A stretch of DNA of 63,949 bases, the filler included, from Octopus bimaculoides (lineage: Eukaryota): NCBI RefSeq assembly GCF_001194135.2. It is 5 parts of 4 records of this genome, joined end to end, with 100 filler letters (N's around TTAATTAATTAA, not from the genome) between each part and the next. Parts side by side here need not be neighbours in the genome. Positions count along the whole stretch, not along the records: positions 16,175 to 45,016 come from NC_068982.1; 4 more parts are not named here. One strand, written 5' to 3'. The position numbers and the translations under genes are program-made. The notes under the pieces are model-generated. The model worked only from the letters and a program-made list of their open reading frames with translations. It was not told the DNA's origin and did no database searches. Positions 28,769 through 40,648 of this stretch are shown here, piece by piece (position 1 is the first letter of the stretch; each line of letters opens with the position of its first letter).

Positions 28769-29271
28769 TCTTATTCAGATTATATTTTACTCTTCACTAG
28801 ACCCTCACAACAGTTTAACTGTCATGAAACCAAGATTTTCTGCACCTGAAGAATTTTGGTATAAGTTTGGAATCCAACAGTGTTGGTAGTCCAGAACTCA
28901 GGTTGAGTGTTTTTCTGGAAATAGCCTGCCTGATCTTAGATTATATTTATATATATATTTGGATCAAGTTTATTGAGGTAGATTTTCTATGGCGAGATAT
29001 CCTGCTTGTATTACGCTGCTTATGCAACGTCGAGACAAGAGGACACACACACACAAACTTCTTTCAGTTTTTCTACCAAAATCAACTTCAAAGGCTTTGG
29101 TTGGTCTGGAGCTATATTGAGGACACTTGCCCAAGGTGCCATGCAATGGAACTGAACCAGAAACCACATGAGTTGCAAAGTGAGTTTCTTAACCACACAT
29201 CCATGGCTGCGCTTATATATGAACTAATAAAAATATTTTACAGTAATATATTAAACGTTTGCTGTACTTAC

Positions 29272-29320
29272 CTGAGAACAGTGAGGAATTCCTGGAGACA
29301 CTGAGATAAAAATTTTATCA
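29272..29320 (-). CDS. THADA: THADA 49-nt exon (phase 1 to 2): (V)IKFLSQCLQEFLTVL(S)
   Basis: Acceptor ctatttttccag, donor gtaagt. Matches THADA 'VLHFLQKSLIEIL'. Confidence 0.85.
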
Positions 29321-32300
29321 CTGGAAAAATAGATTAAACATCAATATGTCATCATTATCATCATCATTTTGAAGTCTACATTTCTATGTTGGGGTTGGAA
29401 AGGTAAGCAATGTGAAAAATTATCATCCACCACAATCTCTTTCATGAGGTCTAACAATCCCAAGATCTAATCATAACCTCTTCATCCATGTCCACTGAGG
29501 GCATTATGAACCAACAAGAGAGTAGTAAAAACCTGTTAGAAGTAAAAACTGCCTTCAAATCACATCCTACCATCTTAAAAGAGGAAGGACACATTGAATA
29601 CTGTATTCCTAGAGATACTATGTCTAGAAAGAAAGACTGTTGAGCATAACTGAAATGCCTTTGATCACAGATCTGCTTTATTGGGGTGACCTGGGTGAAA
29701 CAACAACAGCAGAGGGTAGGATATATAATTTGATAATAACTAAAAACTTAAATGAAACTTAGGAACAGGCATGGTTCTTTGGTTTAAAAGTCACTTCACA
29801 GTCTTGAGATTCCAGGATCAATGCCAGTTTGTGCCACCTTATGGTCTTCATACCATAAGAGTGAAATTTGGTGATCGTGTTCAAAATGGGTAAGTGGAGC
29901 AAAATGAGAACGCTTTGATTTCTTGTTATTTTCTCCCTAACTGTTTGAACTATGACATTACAAGTATTGCATCATTATTTTTGGGAGTGAAAATAAGTCA
30001 GCATAGTTGTTACTGAAGTTGAGAGGGTTTGAAAGGAAAGTCAGGTGACAGATACTTTTTTTTTTTCAAGAAATTCTTCCTCAACTTTGACCCAATTGTA
30101 ATTGAGGTTGCTGATAAAATAGCTAGATAATTGTTGATGTTTAACAATCAATATTCTTTTCTCTGTTGGATTCCAAATAAATTTTTTCCCATATTAATAT
30201 CTAATTTAATAATATTCAATTTTCAAAAAGTTATGTCTAAAATGGAGTAAAATGAATAACGACAAATTTCAGTAATTTCTTTAACAGCATGGTGCATAAA
30301 TATATCAGGAAAGAGCCACTTCATCAGTTCGTGAAGAAGCTCTGGGGAATATTTTATGTTGAGTTTTTTAGATTTAGTCAAGTTTTGTTAATTTCATATC
30401 ATGCACAGTTTTTCTGAGAGCCGCTTTCACTTGACCAAGATATTTAACAATTTTATTGCTTTTCTGCTCTATCTTTCTCATGTCCAAGGATGTATATTGA
30501 TGTGCATGAGTCTTTTTTCAAATGTAATTCTGGAGAACTGAAGAAACAAGTTTACCATAGCTTTATCTTACCGGTGTTGCCCCAGCTAAATTTGTCTTTT
30601 ATACGCTCAAAGAGAACAGAGATAATTTTCTGAAATAGTGTTCTGAATATATTATAGTGCTTTTAATGCATTTAAAGAAGGTCATTTGCTTAGCTGACAA
30701 AGTTTTTTGTAAGGTAGAGAACACTTGTAAAAACATTTTTTTTTTCCCCTCAAAATCAAAAATTCTGTAAATATTACCCATTGTGCCCACCCTTCCAGGC
30801 AAAAAACTGAAAGCCAATCAGAAAGATTGAACCTACTCTTGGCTGGTAGATCTACTCCAGCACCCAGGTTAACACCACCAGCACAATCTTATTCTTGGAG
30901 GTCTTCAGTGAAGACCATTCTGAAGCAAGCATTCAGATCAGGTCGCCAGTCTGAGAACAATCCATAACTTTTTATCTCCCTCCTGCTCACATCCTGCCTT
31001 GTAGGGTGTGAGCAGGAAGGATTTCATAAGCAAAAGTACTTATAAGCATTGCCCTTTTCTTCTAACCACCAAGAAAGAAACTGGCCTTTTTAATAAAGTA
31101 CATAATTTTAGACTAGTGGTGACTAATCTGATCTGACGTTTTGCTTTATAGTGCACCAGATATAGAAAAATATATTTCATGAAAGATGATCTCCCTGCTT
31201 TCATATCTTCATATCTTCCTGATAATTTTCACAGAAAACACAAAGACAAGTCAATATAGCTGATCTTATCTCATTCGCCAAGTTAATAGTCTTCTACAAA
31301 GTCAGCACTGTAAGTTAACAAAACAATTATCTATTTACAGAAGTCTTACCAGACAAAGCAATAACCTTATGGTTTAACTGCTTATAACTAAAAGATTGGG
31401 CTATTATTGTAGACTTAATGTAGAAGATATGACAGGAAACTACCAACCTTGTAATTAGCAGCCTTGTACTCTATTCAACAACCTAACTGACACTTTCTAA
31501 ATTTGGTTCACAAACAGAAAATATAACAACTGGTAAACAGAAAATTCATATCCCATTGACATCAACTTTTTGCCTTTCATCTTTTCAAAGGCGATTAAAT
31601 AAAAAGTATTAGCAGATATGATTCCAAGAGAATTAGATATGATACTTTGTGGTATTTCATCATACTCTGTCTATGCTGAATTTTTAAATGGTTACTTTAA
31701 TCTGTTGCCTGGTTTAACACCAACTCTTGCTCCCAGAGTGCCTTAAGCAGAGTTTACTCTATTGCAAGCATTTATATCAGGTCTCTGGTTTGAGGATAAC
31801 TTCTTTCCTTCTGACTATCAGTCTCAGGGTCTTTGATAAAAATAAAGGGTCATTGTGAGTGTTGCCTTTCTCCTTCATGACGAAGCAGTGAAAAAACAAA
31901 TGTCAAAAGTTACTAGTTTAGTACTGGGCATAACAGTTGACTTCCTCCTCCTCCTCCTCATCATTTAAAGTCCATTTTTCCATGCTGGTATGGCCCAAAT
32001 GGTTTGGTTTGACAGGATTTGGTGAGCTGCACCAAGCCCCAGTGTCAGCTTTGATGTCTATGGCTGGATGCCCTTCCTAATGCCAACTACTTTACAATGT
32101 GTACTGGGTGCTTTTTTTCATGCCACTAGCAGTAGAAAGGTTATTAACTTGTAAAATTTAAAAAATAACAGGGAGAAAAAGGAAAAAGAAAACTCATGAT
32201 TAAGGTTGGGCAGGGGAAGATTTGAGAGGGGAGCCAAGTGGCTTTATGCCAAGTGTTGAAAGGTTAAAATATAATAGAGGGACAAGCACAGGTCCCTATT

Positions 32301-32337
32301 GAGGAGATATATGGCTATGCTACATTATATAAAAATG

Positions 32338-32695
32338 GGTGTGGTAAGTAGCTTGCATACCAACCACATGGTTCCGGGTTCAGTCCCACTGCGTGGCACC
32401 TTGGGCAAGTGTCTTCTACTATAGCCTCGGGCTGACCAAAGCCTTGTGAGTGGATTTGGTAGACAGAAACTGAAAAAAGCCCGTCATATATATGTATGTG
32501 TGTATATGTTGTGTATCTGTGTTTGTCCCCCCAACATCGCTTGACAACCGATGCTGGTGTGTTTAGGTCCCCGTACCTTAGCGGTTCGGCAAAAAGAGAC
32601 CGATAGAATAAGTCCTGGGGTCGATTTGATTTGACTAAAGGCGGTCCTCCAGCATGGCCGCAGTCAAATGACTGAAACAAGTAAAAGAAAAGAAA
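32338..32695 (+). mobile_element. tRNA-derived SINE (family C) with a CORE-like ggcaccttgggcaagtg domain and an internal microsatellite
   Basis: Other copies at about 7775-8235(+), 8360-8735(-), 9265-9670(-), 10615-12090(-), 19445-19815(-), 24480-24640(-) and 60627-61072(-). Confidence 0.8.
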
Positions 32696-33060
32696 GAATA
32701 GTAGTGATGGAGTCTTCCTTAGAGCCTGCTACTGAATAACACAAACAATCATACCACAGTTGGGTGAGTACCTAGTAAATTGAAATTTCATTGCCAGCTG
32801 TAGCTTTTCCACTTCATCTACATTGCATATGTTCTTGAAAATGACATTAATGTCACAAATCTTAAGTTTATTACTTTAATGTGACAAGGCTGTTTACTGG
32901 CTGATGAATAGTTTAAATTTGATCATAAAGAGTGAAACAACTGACTCCATTTATTACACAAATATTTGTCTATTTACACTCCATCATTAACAGGTTCTAG
33001 AGAATAAACAGTAAAGACTTTCTATTTTCTATATCACTGAATATATTAAAAGTTACTTAC

Positions 33061-33093
33061 CTGGCATGCATTGTTTTCGCAAACTTTCTTCTC
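33061..33093 (-). CDS. THADA: THADA 33-nt exon (phase 1 to 1): (G)EESLRKQCMP(V)
   Basis: Acceptor ttttattttacag, donor gtaagt; phase-compatible on both sides. Confidence 0.8.
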
Positions 33094-33626
33094 CTGTAAA
33101 ATAAAAGAATATTTAACATTACCATAAAATGTATGCTCGTGTTTAGAATCTTGCAAAATGAATTGATAAATGTATATATAGTATATACGCACATGTAACG
33201 CCCCCCCCCCCNNNNNNNNNNNNNNNNNNNNNNNNNNNNNNNNNNNNNNNNCACTTGTTCCTGGGTTACATGGAAAAAGGAGGTAACTCTTTGCAAAGTA
33301 ACTTTCAGAAACTGATTGTCTTCCTTACATCCATTGGTCATAAAAAAAAAAAAATACTGCTTTTTATATTAAATTCACGTCTTTGAAAGTTTTTTAAAAT
33401 ATTTACTTCTGGTTTTCTAGCGTCAGTGACGTCTATATCTCTCTAGCCATCTTTCCCTATTTATATCTATCTTATTTGTCTAACTAGCTAGATCTCTCTC
33501 TCTTTCTTCCTCTCTCTATATCTCACTCACTCTCTATTGTTCTCCCTTTCATTTTTCAGATGCTATTGTTTCCACTTTAAGTTCAATCATTATTGTTTTC
33601 ACTGTAAGTTTGCAATCGCTATTTAT

Positions 33627-34700
33627 TATTAGGTTGTCAAGTATGAAATTTGTAGAAAAAAAGTTTGCTAATGTTTTATAAATACAAGGAATAGTTTTAT
33701 TCATCAAAGTATGCACCCATATTGTCAATACAGTTTTGCCATTTCAGTGGTAGCTTGTCCAGCCTATAACTGTAAAAGCCTAGCAATCTAGAGTCAATAA
33801 AATCTTGGAAGACCTGTTTTAAAGTATTGTCGGAATTAAATTTTTTCCTATCAAAGAGTTATCTAAATTCAGGAAGTGGTAGTCAGTGGGGTCAAGATCA
33901 GGTGAGTATGGTGGATGATGGAGAACTTCCAATTCCAACTCCTGTAGTTTCGCCAATGTCTTTTTTGTGATGTGTGGTCTGGCATTGTCTTGCAATAAAA
34001 TAAGAGGGGATCTGTTGACTAATTTAGGCTGTTTTTTGTAAGTTTGGCTGTGATTGATGAGCCAGGTTTAATGAATTTATAGTGGATCATACCTGTGCCA
34101 GACCACCAAACACACAGCATCAGCTTCTTTTGAAGAATTTTGCTTTTTGGACTGTGTTGTCGTCGCTTGTCTTTGTCCAACCATTGTGCTGAACATTTAC
34201 AGTTGTTGTATTGGATCCATTTCTCATCACGTTACAATTCAATTCAAAAATGATTAAATTTTGAGACGAGAAAGTAGCATAATGCAGGCTTCCAAACGTT
34301 ACTTGTTCCTGATTTTCATTAAGTTCATGTGGAACCCACTTATCCAACTTTTTCTCTTTACCAATTTGAACTAGGTGAGTCAATATTGTTTGTTTGCTAA
34401 CACCAAACAACAACGATAATTGAGGGCACTTTGAAATGGATCTGACTCGATGGTGGCTTTCAGTTCATCATTGTCCACCTTTATTTTTGGTTGACCATGT
34501 TGTTCATTTGTGAGGTCAAAGTTACCAGAACGAAATTTTGCAAACCAATTTGCTACAGTGTGCTGTGTAATAACATTAGAATGAAATACTCCATTAACAT
34601 TTCGAGCTGTCTATGATGCTGTATTTCCAAGAAGGAACTCATATTTTAAAACTGTATGAATTTCTGACTTATCCATTTCTAAACAAAAATAGCAAAAAAC
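33627..34700 (-). mobile_element. Decayed mariner transposon in a THADA intron
   Basis: 'KKLDKWVPHELNENQ' in ORF 34120-34413; C-terminal 'KWQNCIDNMGAYFDE*' near 33700-33770. Confidence 0.8.
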
Positions 34701-35469
34701 GATTTATAAATACTTTATAAAGTGCAATAGAATAAAGAAATAGATGTGTCAGCTTTCTAACAAAAAATAAAGATTGTCAAAATATAATAATGGCACAAAA
34801 TAAGTAGCTGTCAAAGTTTACCATATACCTTACTACAAATTTCGTACTTGATGACTTAACATAAACAACAACAAATTACTGACAGGAAGAAGTTCACAAT
34901 TACTGATGAAAGTAATTTCATACATAATTTACTGACAGAAATAACTTTATAAATTTCACTTCAATCCATACACTTCGTTAAATTTGCCTACAAATTTCTT
35001 ATTTACTTTTACAANNNNNNNNNNNNNNNNNNNNNNNNNNNNNNNNNNNNNNNNNNNNNNNNNNNNNNNNNNNNNNNNNNNNNNNNNNNNNNNNNNNNNN
35101 NNNNNNNNNNNNNNNNNNNNNNNNNNNNNNNNNNNNNNNNNNNNNNNNNNNNNNNNNNNNNNNNNNNNNNNNNNNNNNNNNNNNNNNNNNNNNNNNNNNN
35201 NNNNNNNNNNNNNNNNNNNNNNNNNNNNNNNNNNNNNNNNNNNNNNNNNNNNNNNNNNNNNNNNNNNNNNNNNNNNNNNNNNNNNNNNNNNNNNNNNNNN
35301 NNNNNNNNNNNNNNNNNNNNNNNNNNNNNNNNNNNNNNNNNNNNNNNNNNNNNNNNNNNNNNNNNNNNNNNNNNNNNNNNNNNNNNNNNNNNNNNNNNNN
35401 NNNNNNNNNNNNNNNNNNNNNNNNNNNNNNNNNNNNNNNNNNNNNNNNNNNNNNNNNNNNNNNNNNNNN

Positions 35470-35845
35470 GCAACTTCTATGAAACAGCTTTCAATTATGA
35501 CCCAGCAGTTCATTATGCAAATGACACTAGAGTTTCCATTGGTGCAATGACAACTGAGTGCATACATTGTAAAGCAAGTAAGTGGCCTGGAGAGATACCT
35601 GTACCGTGTTGCAGTGGTAGAAAGGTTAAACTTCCTGCAATCCCCCAACCTCCAGAGCCATTGAAGAAACTGTTGTCATCAACTGACCAAGATTCCAAGC
35701 ACTTCCAAAACAAAATTAGACAATACAATGCTGCACTACAGATGACATCATTTGGAGCCACAAGAGATATAACTGAGCCAGGATTCATATAAACTTTCAA
35801 GATCCAAGGTCAGATTTACTATCAGATTAGCTCTCTACTACCTCT
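35470..35845 (+). mobile_element. Helitron RepHel fragment
   Basis: 'CIHCKA.KW.GE...CCSGRKVKLP..PPEPL...IRQYNAALQMTSFGA...TFKIQGQIY', characteristic of the Helitron_like_N region. Confidence 0.85.
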
Positions 35846-36451
35846 TTTTACTGACTTTCATTGTTTATAATCTGTGCCTGTTTTTTGGTTACGAAATAAG
35901 CTAGACAAAATGTGTTTTTGAATTATGTGTATTTACTTTATATGCATATATGAGTCGAAAACTTCCTTTTAACATTTCACTTAAAGTCTATGTTCCATGC
36001 TGGCATGGGTTAGAGAGTTATTATTGTAGAAAGTTGGTATCTTAGCTACTAGCAGTTGAGACCTGCGTAATCTAGACGGCGTTTTTAAATTTCCTTATTT
36101 TCTTCAACAACCTGTCTGTTGGTGACTGAGTGACTAAGAAGTCATCTGTTATAGTAATGCGATATGAAAGAAGTTGTTAGTTTATTCAGTAAAAGTCCAT
36201 AGCAGTGAATACGACATTAAATTTGTTAAGTCTCTTGAGTAACACAGTCTCTCGACATACAATGGAAACGTTTGATTCCAATCAGAGTATCTGCTCTCTT
36301 CCTTCTGTCTTAATCCGAACTTGTAAAAGTCTTACTATATATGAAATCAAGGATACTTTATATAGGAAATGAACAAAATATATAGTTCTAAATAAGGAAG
36401 ATAAAAATACATTCAACTGCCATGAAGTTAAAAAAAAGAAAATATACAAAC

Positions 36452-36618
36452 CCAAGGTGAAATTTTCTAGTAAGTTCAATATTGCTTCAATCAAAGCTCT
36501 TAAATGGTCGTGTTGGTGATGAGACATGTTCCAGAAATTACTAATTAGATGGCTTATTTCTCGCTCAATTTGGGTAGCGATACAACTCTGGCTGGCAGGT
36601 GGGAAACTTTGGAACAGA
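36452..36618 (-). CDS. THADA: THADA exon (phase 2 to 1): LFQSFPPASQSCIATQIEREISHLISNFWNMSHHQHDHLRALIEAILNLLENFTL(G)
   Basis: Lies within ORF 36282..36653(-). Acceptor tcttatttag, donor gtttgt. 'LLENFTLG' matches THADA 'CMENFNLG'. Confidence 0.85.
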
Positions 36619-37055
36619 CTAAATAAGATAAAGAATGTGATGGAAATTAGCAAATATTTNNNNNNNNNNNNNNNNNNNNNNNNNNNNNNNNNNNNNNNNN
36701 NNNNNNNNNNNNNNNNNNNNNNNNNNNNNNNNNNNNNNNNNNNNNNNNNNNNNNNNNNNNNNNNNNNNNNNNNNNNNNNNNNNNNGGGGGGGGGGGGTAC
36801 ATGTGGTTCATTAACACCAATAATAAAGCTAATAATATTTTAAAATATTGAAATTTTAATACTGTTCTTTGTTACAAATTTTTTCTATTTACGTATTTTT
36901 CAGGTTAGGAATCTTTTTTTTACTGCTGGTTTTCAAAAGCGTAGAATGACTGGTTATAATGTCAATAAGTAATATATGCTGTGAAATGCTGTCATTGAAA
37001 CGCATGCGCACACAAATACACAATTATACAAATATTTTTTTAAGAAAAAGATTAC

Positions 37056-37180
37056 CTTTTAAAAACATTTTTTAAAGGATGTCGAGTTGGATAACGAATG
37101 TAGATAGCTACCATAACATCAACAGCAATCTGAATATGTTCTGACTGTATGTCATGTTGAGCCTTTAATAGTCCAATAAT
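37056..37180 (-). CDS. THADA: THADA exon (phase 0 to 2): IIGLLKAQHDIQSEHIQIAVDVMVAIYIRYPTRHPLKNVFK(S)
   Basis: Acceptor tttctccttatag, donor gtaatc. The 'IYxxxxxxHPLKNV' segment matches THADA 'IYLSLSLKNPLKKV' as recalled. Confidence 0.85.
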
Positions 37181-37415
37181 CTATAAGGAGAAAAAAATTT
37201 TTTTACTTCAAGTGTGGTTCTCATAGTGGTAACAGCTTTACAAAGGAGATAATCATTTTTTATACTAATTGGTAGAACTACAAAATTGACCAACCAGCAT
37301 CAGCTGTAATCTCAGCTATAACAATGAAAGAGCTTTGGTCATATCCTCCAACCCATGCCAGCATAGGAAACAGATGTTAAAGGATGATGATGATGGCAAT
37401 GATGATTATATATAT

Positions 37416-38374
37416 ACTAGCAGAGACACCCGGTGTTGCTCGGGAATGAAATTGTTGCTTATATACTTGAAGAAAAAAAGGCAAAATATGCTGTATAGAA
37501 ATTTGAGGACATTCTGTAGATGGACTCTCAGATGAATGATGGCTGGGTGCCTCTCATGAATGGGGAAAATTGAAGATGTGCCAAAAAGCCTCATTGGTAC
37601 TTGGAAACTTTTACGAAAATTAAAATGGGGATTANNNNNNNNNNNNNNNNNNNNNNNNNNNNNNNNNNNNNNNNNNNNNNNNNNNNNNNNNNNNNNNNNN
37701 NNNNNNNNNNNNNNNNNNNNNNNNNNNNNNNNNNNNNNNNNNNNNNNNNNNNNNNNNNNNNNNNNNNNNNNNNNNNNNNNNNNNNNNNNNNNNNNNNNNN
37801 NNNNNNNNNNNNNNNNNNNNNNNNNNNNNNNNNNNNNNNNNNNNNNNNNNNNNNNNNNNNNNNNNNNNNNNNNNNNNNNNNNNNNNNNNNNNNNNNNNNN
37901 NNNNNNNNNNNNNNNNNNNNNNNNNNNNNNNNNNNNNNNNNNNNNNNNNNNNNNNNNNNNNNNNNNNNNNNNNNNNNNNNNNNNNNNNNNNNNNNNNNNN
38001 NNNNNNNNNNNNNNNNNNNNNNNNNNNNNNNNNNNNNNNNNNNNNNNNNNNNNNNNNNNNNNNNNNNNNNNNNNNNNNNNNNNNNNNNNNNNNNNNCTCT
38101 CTCTCTCATACACACTCACACACAAAATAGAGAGTGAAGTTTTTTGCCGTTGTTACGTCAATACCGGAAGTTGACATTGAGGAACCTTTTTAAAGAAGTA
38201 AATCTTAAATATAAAGCAATATTATTTATTTTTAATTAAAAAAATCAAATGAAGAGCCTAACATTTATCCGAGGTTAAATTATTCATGCATCACAAGTAT
38301 GGAAGCATTTGATGAAGTCGATTTCATGTGAAAAGCGATTACACACACATCTCTGTTTTATATATAGTATAGAT
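37416..38374. mobile_element. Probable non-autonomous Helitron-like element with an internal gap
   Basis: Starts ACTAGCAG...CCCGGTGTTGCTCGGG and ends ttttatatatagtatagat, termini seen in DINE-like or Helitron-derived repeats. Confidence 0.4.
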
Positions 38375-38890
38375 ATATATATATGGATGGATATACATAC
38401 TAATTATGGAATGCAGAACATTGCGTGTGTGTTCATACCATGGTCATCATCATTCTAACATCCATTTCTACATGCCTGCATGGGTTGGATGGAGTATGGT
38501 GAGATGGATTTCTACAACTGGATGCCTTTCCTGCTGTCAATCTTCAAGCCAGATATGTTTTCACAAAAGATTGCAAACGAAGGACACCACTTGTCTGATA
38601 GTGACAATCCTTTAGAACTATTGTGCAATGTTAAGACAAAGAGACACCAACAGGCACATAAACACACAACTATGCACATATGCACACACACACACACATA
38701 TATGATGGGCTTCCTTCAGTTTCTGTCAAGCAAATCCACTCACAAAGCTTTGGTTGGTCCAGGGCTTAGTAGAAGACACTAACCTAAGGACTAAACCCAA
38801 AACTATGCAGGACAGTGTGCAGTATGTGTGTTTATGTAATTACTCATTGTAAAATGTACAAAGACTCAGGGTGCTCATATGTATACATAC

Positions 38891-38985
38891 TTTTTTAGGG
38901 ACTTGCAATAATTCTTTATCATTTGTGCAAGTGAATAATTCTGATAAATGAACAAATAAAACAGGATGTTCTTGCAAATCAGGCT
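38891..38985 (-). CDS. THADA: THADA-like coding exon, first one confidently placed (phase 1 to 0): xPDLQEHPVLFVHLSELFTCTNDKELLQVPKK
   Basis: Acceptor ttgtttctatttcag and donor gtatgt; open frame; joins the next exon in phase; resembles the vertebrate THADA N-terminus as recalled (LASLLLHCVQLTDGVSQIHYIKQ). Confidence 0.75.
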
Positions 38986-39449
38986 CTGAAATAGAAACAA
39001 AAAATAAATAGCATAAACATAGGATTTTTTAAAAATACTCTACAAAATATGCAACTGACTGATGGCAAATTAATACTAAGATAATAATGATGATGATGAA
39101 TTTATAGTATGCAATATTCAGGTGCACTACAACTCACTGGGAAAGGGTAAAAGAAGGCACATAAAACAGCAATAAGTCGAGTAAAGAAAGACAGAATAAT
39201 AGCCAAAAGTGCATGAATAGCACACAAAATAAAACATAAAAAGACAGAAAAGTGAATAGTAAAAGAGCCTTTTACTAGGCCTCCGTTGGTCATGGCTGAC
39301 CATGGATGATGTCATCCATCCATTGAGTTATTTATTCAGTTTTTGCAACGCCTCCTGTGGCTGTAGAAACCGATGCGAGAGTGGCAGTCTCGTTTGCAGA
39401 GGTCACACCTATACGTTGAATCCGGTCTGTTGGCAGTTTTTTAATACTT

Positions 39450-40648
39450 TTATTTTTCAAAATTAAGATAAACAAAAGTTTAATCTAAAATATACTCTCC
39501 TTCATTTTCTACAATGCTCTTCCATCTATCTGGTAGACTTGCAAGGCCCCACTTCCAAAATGTCCGTGACAAAAAATACTCCTCCAGTACTGTTCTGACC
39601 TCATCTACAGAACTCATATATTTTCTCCCCAAATGATTTTGAAGACTGCGGAATAAATGATAATCAGATGGGGTAATGTCCACCAAATATGGTGGGTGGA
39701 ATATCGTTTCCTATTCAAACTGTTCCAGCCTTTTGAATGTCATCCTCGCTGAATGTGGCCAAGCATTATCCTGATGAAAGAACACCTTTCGTCTTAAAAC
39801 CAAAGATGGTCATTTTTTCTTTTAGTGTTGACTTAAGCCACTGAGGCTGCTTGCAGTAGAACTTTGTTATCCTTTGGTTTGGGTTTAAAAGTTCAGAGTG
39901 GACTAAACCTTTCATATCCCAACAAACAGATAACAACATCTTACATGGGTGAAGACCTTCTTTAGGCTGGGGTGCCAGTGTTTCTCCTTTCCCTACCCAG
40001 TCTTCAACGCATGACATTTTTATAGAGAGCCCATTTTTCATCACCAGTCACTATTTGGTCCAAAAAAGGTTCATTCGTGAGACGTGACAGCAAAGAAGAG
40101 CACACATTCACTCTCTGCTCATGAATAGACTTAGAAAGTTTGTGAGGAACCCATTGGCTCAATTTGCTAACTTTTCCGAAGGCATGCAGGTTTGGTAGAA
40201 TGACTAAATCCAAGCTTCTCTGCTAGTTCCTAAGCAGTTATGATGGGATTTTGTTCTACCAGGGTTTGCAGGATGTCCTCATTGAGCACTACAGATCTTC
40301 CAGGACATGGCTCATCTTCTAGACTGTAAGATTCCAGCTTGGAACTTCTGAAACCCCCATTGACACTGGCTTACGCTTATTGTCCAATCCCCATATACTG
40401 CATTAATATTCCTTGCACTTTCTATTGCAAAATATGCCAAATATGCTCCTTTGTCACTTCCATTATAGCCTTGAAAAAATAACTGTTAAAAATCGAACTG
40501 TACTCTTCAAAACTTACGCTAAGAATAACTACAAAGTAAAATCATTACCCGCTTTTATAGCAAGTTGATGCTGGTAGTTTATCCAGTCCCACTCTGACTT
40601 TTAGTTTACGCAATTGAAAAAGCCGTATTATTTATGGGATGATCCAAC
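39450..40648 (-). mobile_element. Decayed mariner transposon in a THADA intron
   Basis: Motifs WVPHKL, IVTGDEKW and DITPSDYHLFRSLQNHL in three broken frames; TIR-like 5' end near 40620-40648. Confidence 0.88.

Noticed and set aside
30560-30630. Possible extra THADA exon (KIISVLFERIKDKFSWGNT, donor gtaaga)
   Set aside because: The 33061-33093 and 29272-29320 exons already join in phase and match the homologue without it.
37207-37318. Open frame just upstream of the 37180 exon
   Set aside because: It would need a 26-nt intron and shows no homology.
39102-39315. Hydrophobic ORFs and a phase-1 donor as a THADA first exon
   Set aside because: Low-complexity, with no resemblance to THADA N-termini.
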